A stretch of DNA of 64,000 bases from Camelus dromedarius. Its lineage: Eukaryota. The notes under the pieces were generated by a model. It was not told the DNA's origin and did no database searches. It was given only the letters and a program-made list of their open reading frames with translations. This document shows positions 1 to 12,000 of this stretch, piece after piece. Location of the stretch: contig NC_087444.1 of the NCBI RefSeq assembly GCF_036321535.1, positions 18,476,001-18,540,000 of the forward strand, in the 5' to 3' direction. Position 1 is the first letter of the stretch; the number at the start of each line of letters is the position of its first letter. The position numbers and the translations under genes are program-made.

Positions 1-373
1 TCTCCAGAACTGAGCTTAGCACATACTTCTTGTTACACTGTTTTTTGTTTGTTTTGCTTTGCTTGCTTGTGGAATGCTTTCCGGGGAGAATGCTGTAGGC
101 AAGGCCCTTTTTGTAAGATACACCTAAATTAATTTGGTAAAATCTCACAGATGAATGTAGTGTGGTTGTAACCTATGCTTGTTTAGCTGTCTTGATTGCC
201 ACCTTCAGCAATGGGACAGAATGGCTTTTTTCTTCCTACTCTGTTCCTTCTCGTGGAGTCATCTGGCTGGATGACAAATGAAGATACTCTTTCAGTAAAA
301 CATCACATAGGAAATGCCTATAGAACTGTTAATTTGGAAAGTGTGAAAGATTTTTTTTTTGAAAATTTTTTTT

Positions 374-512
374 GGAGGGGAGGTAATTAGAGTTTTTTAA
401 ATTTATTGTTATTATATTTTTATTTTTATTTTTATTTTTAATGGAGGTATTGGGGATTGAACCCAGGAGCACGTTAGACATGCATTCTACCACTAAGGTA
501 TACCATCTCCCC
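374..512 (-). mobile_element. tRNA-Ala-derived SINE (camelid vic-1 type)
   Basis: Reverse complement gives ggggagatggtata...tggtagaatgcatg...cctgggttcaatccccaatacctcca, AT-rich linker and ctaattacctcccc tail motif. Confidence 0.85.
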
Positions 513-2959
513 TACAAGATTTTTTTTTTTTTTTCAGATAACTTACCTTGAGGTCAGACCACTGTGAAGGTCTCCTTTTTTCTTATTCCCCACCTCTCCT
601 TGCTGGACCTCCAGGCTCCAACACCCCATCAGAGAATGAAACAGAGCGGACTTATGACAGAAGAACTGATATATCTCACCAAAAAAAGAGGAACTCTTAG
701 AGTAGGAAGGAAAAGGGTATAAAAGAAAAAGCAGGACCATGGGGGTAGGTTGGGGTTGGGGGAACAAAGATAGGTCAAAAGGAAAAGGTATTTCTCAGCC
801 AACCACAAAGGGGATGTGAGTTCCTTAGAAGCGGCCGCAACAAGAGAAATTGGGGAATTAGGAAAAATCACTGACAGAATAAAGAAAAGGGACCAGAATC
901 CCTCTTGAGCCCTGATAAGTTGGGATGGATGAGAAACCAGATTCTGTGTGCGCTGGCTAAGCTAACAGTAAGCTGATTTGGTTTGTGGACTATATTACAT
1001 CTTTCCTTTCAAGACAAGAAAACAGAACTGAGTTCCTGGCCAGAAAAGTCTAGAAATCAGGACTGAATCTATTGAATGTTCTTCTCACCAACTACTAAAT
1101 TAATTACCAGTAAATTAATTAAGGTCATTCCCAAAAGAGAGCAGAAAGGAAAAAGAAAGCATAAGACCACAATATCTTTGCCTTGGACGAGATGACTACA
1201 TTATTATATAGGAAACATAATATAAGTTACATTATGGAGTGGGAAAAATCACACTTGGCCCTCCTGCCAAGTGGAAGAGGGGACTCAAAGTTGGAGTGTC
1301 TCCAGAGCTTCTTAAGGTAGTTCCTCAATGCTTACAATTGTAGGTCAGTATTTTCCATTCCAAGCCTCCAACAGGATACAGAAAGCATGAATGCTAAGGA
1401 GTGGAATTAGGAACTCCGGCTTCTACATCCAGTAAACAAGGGTGCTACTAGTAGGAATGGGGGACAAGGCTGAACTGGCCCTGAGTGTGTACACAATTAT
1501 CACCAAATAGACAGGTAAATTTATGGGGACTGTGGTACAATCCTATGGGCAACTGAGTATGTGGATAAGCATAGCTAAACCATGGTGAGTAAACCAAGAG
1601 GTTCAACTTTAGTTAAATACAATGTGAGGATATGGCAATAAATGTACTAAAAAATGTATTTTAAATGTCCTGTGAATAACTGAAAATGAGGGACTGGATG
1701 GTCCCTAGTGAGAGGCCGGAGATGGAGCTGGGAGAAATTAACTTAAGAGGTAACACGATACGTTACTGTAGTAGAAGCAGCAAAGAGCTGCACCCTAAAG
1801 TGCACAAAAGTCAGGAAATGCTGATAAGTATGTTCAAGTGATAGGCTGATTCACATTAAATGAGTTATTTCAACTCAACAGATGTTTGCACACTTGCTAC
1901 ACGGGGGGGTACTGTGTTCACTTCTGCTTGGGTAGTATTGTTACTGTAAATCAGTATGGAACTAGGGTGTGTCTAGACCTTCCCTACTAAAATGTATCCA
2001 GGTCTTCTCTAATCTGTCTATGGTAAGTCTCCAGAAGTTGCTACAATACCAGTGGGACTTCTAGTGCATTATAAACCAATATTAGCACCTGGCCTTCAGA
2101 ACTGGGTATATTCTTTCAATTAGGTTTCACTGAGTCCTTCATATTTAATAAATATAATATTTACTTTTTCTACAAAAATACCTCATCTACAGGAAACATA
2201 AAATTCTTTTTTATTGTTGCTTTTTTAAATTGTTTAAATGGGATCTCATAATACTAAAGGAAAAATTTAAATATAGATTCTTTAAATTAAAAAGTAATGC
2301 ATATTAATGGGAGAAATTTTAGAATTCAGAAAACCAAAAAAAAAAGAGGATTAAAAATCACCTATAACCCCACTAATCAGAGTTAATCATTCTTAGTATT
2401 TTGTAATATTACACTCCAACATTTTATCTACATGTATGTAATGAAGATGTGACCACACTGTGGTTTTGTAACTTATTCTTTTTACTTATCAATTTGTATT
2501 CTTCTATGTTATTTTTAATGGTGGCAGAGTATCCTACTGTACAAGGTACAGCATAAGTTACTTAACCTGTGTCTTTAAATTACTGGAAATTTGAGTTGCT
2601 TCCAATCTTCCTAAACAATAATTCTAAACAATATTACAATAGGTGGCCAAAATCTATATAAATATCTTTCGTTTTTTCCTCCAGATGAATTCTTAGAGGT
2701 GGTCAAAGAATTTGCCCATTTTAAATGCCCATCCCCATTACCAAACATATGTCAGAACAGGTATACAAATTTTGCCTCCAGAAAGTTATAACAGCAATGT
2801 ATGAGACAGCATATTTCTGAACTCTGACCAACGTTAGGATTACAATGTTTTAAGTACAGGTGCATTTGGCAGGCAAAGTAGTATTAGTGGTATTTTTGTT
2901 ACTTAGACATCTATTTGCAGTTTCTTTACTCCAAAATGTTTCATTTGTTTGTTTGATGA

Positions 2960-3073
2960 GGGGGAGGTAATTAGGTTTATTTATTTATTTCTATTTGGAG
3001 GAGGTACTGGGGATTGAACCCAGGACCTTGTGCATGCTACGCAAGCACTCTACCGCTTAAGTATACCCTTCCC
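2960..3073 (-). mobile_element. vic-1 type SINE
   Basis: Same head (A/B boxes) and aaacctaattacctcccc tail. Confidence 0.88.
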
Positions 3074-3784
3074 TTACAAAATGTTTTTTAGAAGGAAGAA
3101 AATATACTGTATTCCAAATACCCCACCTAAATGAAGCTGTGTTTACATTTCTGTATTCACATCCAGTCTTTGAACAAATACATATAGATATCCAATGAGC
3201 TCATGTATGCTTATTTATCACAATCCTTGTCATTTGCTAAGCTCTCACTTTTTATACACAGTTCATACTTTCACATACGCTTTCTAAATGAAGATGCTTC
3301 AACTGCCTCTAATGTAGAAAAGAAAAAAACATATCTAAAGAGTTTTAAACATAAAGACATTGACCAGCATATAACATATAACCAAGTCTTAACCCATATT
3401 TAATACGACGGCTGAAATGTACACATCATAAAACCACAATCAGTTACAGTAGTTGACCAAAGTGAATACCTATTCCTCTGTAAATTATAATAAATCTCAT
3501 AAAAATGCACTAATGGAAGAGGATAGTCCTCATTAAGCCTAGAAGAAGGAAATTAAAGTTCTTAGTGTTGTCCAGAAAAGGGTGGTGGCCATCAGCCTGA
3601 AACTGGTCCACATGGGACGCTGTTAGCCATTCACGAAAAAGGGCTCTTTGGGAAGTAAATGAGGTTCTGTCTGTGAAACACTCTAGCACAGTCTGGATCA
3701 TGGGTCCATGGGTTAGATATTGTGGAGAGTAGATGGACAGAAAGTTCATAAGAGGAAATACAGACCGAAAACAGTCATGGTCAT

Positions 3785-3900
3785 GGGGAGGGTATAGCTC
3801 AGTGGTTGAGTACATGCTTAGCAAGCACCAGGTCCTGGGTTCGATCCCTAATACCTCCATTAAAAGTAAATAAATAAATAAAAACCTAATTACCTCCCCC
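3785..3900 (+). mobile_element. vic-1 type SINE
   Basis: ggggagggtatagctcagtggttgagtacatgcttagcaagcaccaggtcctgggttcgatccctaatacctcca + (aaat)n + aaacctaattacctccccc. Confidence 0.9.
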
Positions 3901-4739
3901 ACAATAAAATTTAAAAAATGAAAATGTGAAATTATTTTTTAAATGCTCAAAAAATAATTGAAAAAAATTTTTAAAAAAGAAAATACTTACGGACATTTTT
4001 CAGGCTCAGGTATCAAATAAATAAAATTGATATAACAAAGTATTATTTTACACAAATTAAATTAGAAAACTAAAATAGGTTATTTTACTTGATGCAGTTT
4101 AAGTATAGAGGTTAAAAAGGCTTTGGATCAAGCATACCAGAGTTTCAAATCTTGGTTTTGCCATTTCACAGGTAAAACAAAGATAATATTTTCCTCTTGG
4201 GGTTGTTGTAGTGATTAAGATCGTATATGGTAAACCACTTAGCTTGCCTAGCATACGATAAGCAGTCAAAAAATTTATCTATTCCTATCTTTTTCAGATA
4301 TTAAATTGAGACTAACAAGGTAGTAGAGCAGATGATAAATTCAAATACTGCAAATTGAAAAAAAATCTATTGGAAATACATTTAGCAATAATTAACCAAT
4401 ATGATGCTAACACTCTTTGATCCAGTAGTGACACTTTTGGGGATCTAGCCTCAGGATAGGGGAAAAAACACATGGACAAACATATTTATTGCAGTGTTAT
4501 TAATAACCAGAAATAACCTAAATGTCCAACAACAGAGAAATAATTAAGTTATTTGGGTACCTACTACATACCAGGCATTTTATATATTTATTGTATTATC
4601 TTCCAGCAATTTTGCAAAGTAAATATTATTTGTTACCACTTTTTAATTACTTTGTTCAAAGTCACATAGCTTATAATAGGCAGAATGTAAATTCAAACCC
4701 AGATTTCTATGACTTCAGAGTTGTTACAAGTACAGATGG

Positions 4740-4935
4740 TAAAGCAAGACTGCCTGAACTCAAAACTCATTTCCACCGCTTGTGACCCTGAGTAAGTCAA
4801 TTAACCTCTCTGTGTCTCAGTTTCCTCATCCATAAAATGGAAATAATAACAGTATCTTCCTCAATAGACTAAATGAGCTGATACATAGAAGGGTTTAGAA
4901 CAGTCTCTATAAGAGGTATTGAAGTATTAGCTATT
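4740..4935 (+). mobile_element. MIR
   Basis: Core tgtgaccctgagtaagtcaattaacctctctgtgtctcagtttcctcatccataaaatgg. Confidence 0.8.
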
Positions 4936-6364
4936 ATTGTGACTATCATACTTTCATTATACTATCCTGCATCAGAAGTCATTAATATACATTTTAATCA
5001 ACATGATAGTTTTGTTGTAATGTTAAGTGAAAACTGTGAGAATGCAAAATTGTAGCTATGCTCATCATTACAACAATAGAAAAGACATTCTATAAAAGGA
5101 CAACTAGAATTTCTGCACCCCACAAAATTGTATTTGCTGTGATATTAGTACCGTTGTGAATTTATTTTCTTTCAACTTGTAATAACATTGTTTTATAAAA
5201 ATAACAATAGGGCTTTTTCCCCCCAAGTACCTTTAAGAAATTTTCAATAGTGTGGTTGCATACTCTTATTTCTGTTGTATAGAAACTATGCTAACTAGGG
5301 ACTTAACCCTCAGGCCAGACCCTTTGAGGAACTCAGTGTTATCGGCTGAAGCAGGACACTATCGCATAAGGATTAATTTCACAGGCTCTGAAATGACAGA
5401 TCCAGGCTGAATTTCATGTCTGTAGCTGAACAGCTGAATGAGCTTAGGCCAATTACTTAACTTCTTAGAGCCTCAGTTTCCTTTTCTGTAAGTCAGAAAT
5501 CACAACTACTTCATAGGGCTTTTTTTTTTTAATGAGTAATAAATAAGATAATGAATGTGATGCTTTCTTGACACCCCATCAGACTATCACAATTACAATT
5601 AAATATTTAATAGAATACTTAGTCGTTTAATGTCTGTCTCTCTAAGACGTCCTCTAACGTCTTAGAAGATAAGTTCCACTAAAGCATGGAGCATTGCACC
5701 ACAACACCAGCGTCTCGCACAGCGCTCTGCACATAGGAGGCACTCGATAAATATCTGAATGAATGCATGAAAACCTTATAGGGGTGGTCAGTGGCAGTTT
5801 CAACTACAGAAGGATTATTGAATTGAATCTTGGCTTGGGGAAAAGATAGAAGCAGCATGGTGTTGGCTTTAGCTGTCAGAGCAGGGCTATGTGCCTTGCC
5901 CGGAGATACATGGCCAAGGGGAACGTGGGGACCGAAACCTCAGCCATGGACCCAGCAGGGGGCAGGGGGCACAGAGTGTCTACCTGAAAGTAGAGACGAC
6001 TTATGATAATTCCAGAAAGGCATCACCATTTAGGCCAGCAGTGGACTTGTGTCACAGAATCAGTCCTCAAACCTCAGAAACATCAAATCCTGGGAGAATA
6101 TGTCAAAGGCTTAAGGTGGAATGTGGGACATGACCAGGTGGGAAGCCTTCCAATTTAATGGCAGTATTCACCTTGTCCAAGCAAGCAACCTGGCCCCATT
6201 CACCATTCTCCATCTCCCCCAAGGCTACTCTCTCTAGTATCTCTGCTAAACCTTTAGGTGGAGCTGAGGGAAAGACTCTGTTTTTCCACTGGAGGACATG
6301 AGTCAGTGAACAGTGAGGTTTCACTTAATCACCACCCAAAAACAAGGCCCTTAAAATCAGGAGC

Positions 6365-6590
6365 TAGAGAAGCCAGGAAGTGATTAATATAAAAGTCAGG
6401 ACAGTGATTATTCCTTGGGTGGAGCAGGACAGGGTGGGGGTCGAGGGGGTAAGGGACCTGATGGGAAAGGGACATAGAGAGGACCTCTGGGGCCTGACAG
6501 TGTTCTATTCCTTGACCTGGTGGTGGCTGCTTTACAACTCCACTTACATATGTTTTATGTAATTTTCTAAATGTGTATTATAGTCCACAG
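6365..6590 (+). mobile_element. Old L1M 3' end fragment
   Basis: aaaagtcaggacagtgatt...gttctattccttgacctggtggtgg...catatgttttatg is typical of L1ME/MC 3' ends. Confidence 0.6.
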
Positions 6591-8347
6591 TTTCAAACAG
6601 CTGGAAAAAATATAAACTATAAAAGGTTTTGAAGCAGGGAAAAAATAACCAGATCTGTGTTATTAAAAGATCACTTGGGTGTTGAATGGAAAATTGATTG
6701 AAGGTGGGGTTAGGCTAGAGGCAGAAAAAACAGGAGGTGAGGTAGCTGCTAGTTTGGTGAGAGATTATAATGAGTGAGCTGAGAAAAGGTAAAACATTAG
6801 GGACGTAGTCTATATTATTTTTAAAAACACACCCCAAATAAAACAGAGGCTGGCACTGCCCCCTCAGCTCACTTTTTACCTCTCTGAGTCAGGTGAGTTT
6901 GGCTCAGGAGTTACAGTCCAGGGGCAGGCATATGTCCAACAGACACATAGGCCAGGACTTTTGCCTTCCCTCCCTCCCTTCTTGTTAACTCTACTCAGAG
7001 GGACACAGACTATCTGCCAGTGGCAATTAGAGTACGTTTTTCTTGACACCACGGCAGCATGCAAGTTGAGCTGACATAGGAGTTTCTATCGTAATATGTA
7101 ATCACTCAATCATAATATCTAATCACTCGAGACTTTACGGAGTGCTTTCACATCTACTGTCTGGTACGAGAATGTTAGTTCCATGAGGGCAAAAGTTTCC
7201 GTTTTGTTCACTGCTATAATCCTCAGTGCCTAGAACTGAACTTGGTACACAGTAGGTGCTCAATAAATATTACGGACTGAATAACCACATTTAAGTATTA
7301 TTAGTATTGATATCCAGTCATCAGAGTAATCCTATGCGGATAGGTAGGACATGAAATATTATCTCCACTTTAGAAGTTAGAAAACAGAGACCTGGTAAGA
7401 TTATGGAACATGTCAAATAGCTGATCATTTGGTTGATGACAGCATCATGATTTAATTTCAGATTTGACACGTAAATTCCCTTATTTTTTCCACTTCTTCA
7501 CAGCTGAAGAAGTAAGGTTTGAAATTCTTGCAGCTCTGAAACGCCAGCTGGACATGTTTCAAAATATTAGGTACTCTCAGATATCCAGTGTCACCAGTGT
7601 GCTAGGTACAAGGATGAATGAGGCCTGCTCAGTTGCCGTTGCATCAGTAACCACAGTTCCCCCAGTGGGGATGCAATGATTCTCTAGGTAATCAAATCCA
7701 GTTGACTTTAGGCTACCCTGTGCTTATGTTTCTCTCCATGTCCCTCACATTTCTCTCCTCCCCATCCTCACCATTCCACCCCTCCCAGCAAAAGAAGGTT
7801 AAGGAAACCCTGTTATTGCAAAAACACATGTTCCGGTATTTTTTTCTTCAGGAAAAAGAAGAAAAGAAAAAAGAAATGTGGCAGCAGGTAGTCTGGGTGC
7901 CCTTCAAAAGCCTTTGACATCCAAGTGGAATTACACAGGAGGCTAAAAGCATAATGTTCCACAAAAAGTGAACCTTGGTCTCTTTCCTCTTGATGGTAGT
8001 TAAAAGTAGACATTTGAAGCATAAACCACAACTCAGATACCTGGGAACTCTGGATGTTCATTCAATATTAAATTTATACAGCTTGAATGATGTATGTCTT
8101 CTGTAGGATTCCTAGTCGAAATCTAAGAACTAGCCAACAGAACATCAAAAACTGTACCTTGGAAAGAATATCTAAAATACACACAAAACACTTAGAGAAG
8201 TCAAACTTTCAGATTGCCTTTCTCCCTTCTTCCCCTAAAAGGTTAGACATTCATTTCATCCCAGGAGCAATTTGGTCTAGGAGAGTTGGACCATCATAGT
8301 CAAATAGTCTATGTAACTACCCTGAGAGTGTCACACACAGGACTCAC

Positions 8348-8434
8348 CAGAAATTCTTTGGCAAGCTCCTCTTTGTTAATTTTCTTGTTTTGAGCCTCGT
8401 CCAGGAACTTCTGCAGAATTTCTCTTTGGTCCAT
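8348..8434 (-). CDS. PTPN22: PTPN22 (Lyp tyrosine phosphatase) coding exon 1
   Basis: Minus strand reads [29 protein letters not shown] (87 nt) then gtgagt; near-identical to the human N-terminus [29 protein letters not shown]. Too short for the ORF track. Confidence 0.97.
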
Positions 8435-8549
8435 GCTGCAAGGCAAGAGAGACAGTCTCTGAGTGGGTTAAGGGAGGGCATGTCAAATGTGTGTCATGGC
8501 AGAGACAGCACTGAGGAGACACTGCTGCTGCCTGAGCAGAGCATGTTGA

Positions 8550-8620
8550 AGGCTGTGGTTTACTGACTTCATCACAAGCCCCAGAGGAAATTAGTACGTA
8601 ACCATCCTCTGTGGTCACAC
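8550..8620. promoter_or_regulatory. PTPN22 proximal promoter with RUNX and ETS motifs
   Basis: TGTGGTT 8554-8560, AGAGGAAAT 8583-8591 and TGTGGTC 8610-8616, 120-180 bp upstream of the ATG. RUNX/ETS clusters are typical of lymphoid promoters. Confidence 0.55.
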
Positions 8621-11539
8621 AACAAAGCCATCACCTCACTCCTGGGCCCTAGTGCCTTCCTCCTCAAGAAAGGAACCTGGTTACAATTCTAGTTTTTAAC
8701 AAACAAGAGGCTTGCCAGAACAACAAGTGATGTGCTTAGCTCTGAGCCTTTTCCACTCCACTGCTCTGAAGTGAAATTCACCATTTTTCTTGCTCCCTAG
8801 AGAAAAGGCAGAATTACAGGTCTCACAGTTGGGTTCTGCCTTTTCCCATTTCCCCAGTGGGCGCAAAGGCCCTTTTGACACCTTCTGTTCCCTCATGTCC
8901 CAAATGAACTCTGTAAAGTTTATTTAGGCCCAGGAGAGGAGATAGACACTGTTTGGAGTTGACATTGTCTAAAAAGTTTCTTGTCATTGGGATCAGTGGC
9001 AAACTTCTGCTCATCAGAGAAGGCATTTTTACTCAGAACTTTTAATTCGGCTATAGACGTCTCAAATTCTCTTTTGGATGAAGCAAAGTCAGCTGCTTCT
9101 GACAGTCTGTGTCTCTCTCAGGGCTGGGGAAGTGCTCACCTCCGTTAGGGGAAGTGTTGATTTCAGGACCCCACCCCCACCAGCCAGTCATTTTTGAGTT
9201 TCATTTGGGTTCTGGATATAAAGACTTCTCAGTATTGGTCTATACAGGACCCAGGAGTGCAGTGGCCCCACGAAGAGCACCTGACCGGGAAGTTGGCACA
9301 AAATCACCTGTATGTAAAGCTAGTATAATACGAAGGAACAGAAAACAAGTAAAATCAACCAACTTGCAGGCAACAGTACAAATGAAGAACTATTCTTAGA
9401 GAAGATGTTTCTACTCTGCCACTAATGCCTTGGAAAAGGCCATTGTTTCAGGAGGCCATGCTGCGCATGTGGCATTTGGGCCTCGATAGGCAGGCTGTTC
9501 TAGAAAAAGCTTCCACATCTCCGCTTGCATGAATTCTCTCCTCAGTGCATGCAGACCTACCCAAGAGTGTCTTATCTGGTGTGAGAACAAACCAAAAATC
9601 AGCATAACATCTCTGTTTGAGGACAGAGGTTCAATAAATAATATGTTAACAAAATTAGTCCAAAATGATCATGAAGAAAACTTGGAAATGTGCCTTTTGA
9701 ACTTCCTCTATTTGATATTAGCAATCCTTTCTGTTTTGCAACATTATTCAAACTTCCTTTAGGAAATGATTCTGCTCACTATACAGTTGCACCTACTTTA
9801 TTGAGCCTTACAACAGGGAAAGAGAGCTCACTGAGGTATCTTGCTTATAGGCAATGAGAGGCCAATGAAGAATTTCAGTCCCAATCTACACCATAAATTA
9901 ACATGAACCACAATTCTTCAACAGAACTTGACAGCGGGAAAGTATTTCTCAAATTATCCCTAACATTAAAGGAGAATTTCTTGCTGCTCTAAAGAATGCA
10001 ATGTTTAATTCAACTTTTTAAAAAAATTATAAACTAAGGGAAATTTTTTAAATAGACAAAATTTCAAGTTCACAATAACTAAAATCAAGTAAAAGTATGC
10101 ACATGGTTAAATGAAGACTAAAAGATGCAAAAAAGGATCAATTGTATAATTGCTGGGGTTAAGGAGGGTCTTTTAAATTATTTTAAAATTATCACCATTT
10201 TTTTATTAGAAAAAATCCACAGAAATCCATTAATTTGTTCAACAGATTTATTGAGTTCCCAATGAATGCTAAGCACTGTGTTAGGGGCTGGGTAGAGAAT
10301 AGTGAACAAGCCAGAATATGGTGAAAAATACCATTAACCAGTTAATAAAGCATCTCAGAACTAAAGATAAAGATCTAATTACTGATAAAAATTAAAATAT
10401 TCCAAACGAATTTGCTTATTTTCAAAGTAGCAAAGCATAACCCTAAAAGGAAAATGATTTTCTGTAGTTGGACAATAAGAGACATACAGTTTCATCATCT
10501 CTCTGTCACCTTAGAGTGCCTTCACTTCCAGCAAAATCAGAATTTTACTAATGAATAAACAAAAAGACCCCTAAGAAAATGAAATTTAAATCTATTTTCC
10601 TCAACCCCACATTTCAGAACAATCTCTCTCTAACTTTATTTTCTTCTTAGGGAGGGATAACAATGAAACAGCTATGACATAAGAAAGAAAAGCTTGCTTA
10701 GAGCCAACATACAAGGATCTGAAAATAGTGTCTTAGTAGAACTGCAGATCTTCTTTAAAAGCAAGCAGCAATGCTCAGGATTCTGTTCCACTCTAAAACC
10801 AAAAGACATACAAACATCGTGAAATAGCCAAACCTCAAAAACCCACTTAGCTGAAAGGCCATTTCCTGAGCAGACCACTCAAGCGAGAAAAAAAGCAAAC
10901 TTCAGGAGAAAACAAAACATTTATTTTTATTTTTAATAAATCTAAGCTACTACTTACTTTTTCACACTTCTTTCTGCAGGTACTGGAGGACAGTAGGAGC
11001 AGAATTCTTTTTGAAGAAGATTCTGTTGACTCATTTGTATCTTGTGGGAAGATCAAGAGCTGTGGAAGGGAAACAAGTCCTGCAGCAAAAATGAGCAAAT
11101 ACCTAAAAGAACTGACGAATTGACAATGAAACATTTCAACCAGTCTGGCATACACCCTAAGTGAACACAACAATTCCATGCACTGAAAGACTCGTAAACA
11201 CTTTATCAGAGCCATCAAGGGTGAGTGATGATGGAAAGTACAACTGTGGTACCTGAAGAGGAGTGGGGAGGGAACATCTCACTGCTGCCTCTTACGGCTC
11301 TGGTGTTTGTTCAGAAGGAAGATGATAAGAGAGGAGCGTCAATCACACTGTCACCTGTTCCAGCAAGAGGCGAGTGTGCCAGTTTGTGGGGAAACATCAG
11401 TGTCATGGAGTTTGGGAGCTGGATGACAAAAAAACTTGAACCAAAGAGAATGTCAGGGGGGATTATTAAGACAAGATAAACTAGTCAAGAGGAAACACAC
11501 TCAGCTTAGAACATCCTTTCTCTAACAGGAGGCATGTTT

Positions 11540-12000
11540 TACCCTCAGAAAGCCACTCACCAACCTTTGCTTTACTTTCACTGCTCCTGCCTTCCTCTAC
11601 GTCCCAGGGTCATTGATTTGATATGGGCTTTGTGTATCATCTGTGAAACACTCAGTCCTTTGTAAGCATCCTCTTGGTGACCAAGACCTCTTGGTCCTTT
11701 CTCTTCAATGTCTTTCAGATTCAATCTCTTCTCCATTTCCATGTTAACCCCCCACTCTCATTTTCATAACTGGATTCCTGCAGCAACAAGCTTAGTTGTC
11801 TTCCTGCCTATGTATCTTCCATTCTAGTATCTCCTGGTAACTAAGATTGGATGAAAGTTCTTAAGACTCCTCTTCAATGCAAAAAAACAAAAGTACTTAC
11901 TGATAGTCAGTAGGAATAAGTCTAGATTCCACGAAGCCCCTCCTCATCAAGTGTCCGCACCCAACCTACCCAACACATCACCCATACACCTTGCTCTTCT
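11540..12000 (+). mobile_element. L2 fragment
   Basis: Pyrimidine-rich L2-like text (ctcttctccatttcc...ctcattttcataactggattcctgcagc). Confidence 0.5.

Larger units (their letters stand above)
1..8347 (-). other. PTPN22: PTPN22 intron 1 (partial; exon 2 lies left of the window)
   Basis: Follows donor CTG|gtgagt at 8347. No sequence encoding the expected exon 2 (KLKRQSTKYK...) was found in 1-8347. Repeat-rich. Confidence 0.9.

Noticed and set aside
3785-3860. tRNA-Ala(AGC)-like gene with good A and B boxes (also the five other copies)
   Set aside because: Acceptor and anticodon stems are mismatched, and each copy carries the same AT-rich linker and cctaattacctcccc tail, some with TSDs. These are SINEs, not tRNA genes.
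3510-3902. 130-aa minus-strand ORF
   Set aside because: Starts inside the antisense of a SINE; no splice or homology support.
9561-9575. 15-nt minus-strand micro-exon (caccag|ATAAGACACTCTTGG|gtaggt)
   Set aside because: Such short AG…GT pairs arise often by chance; no independent support.
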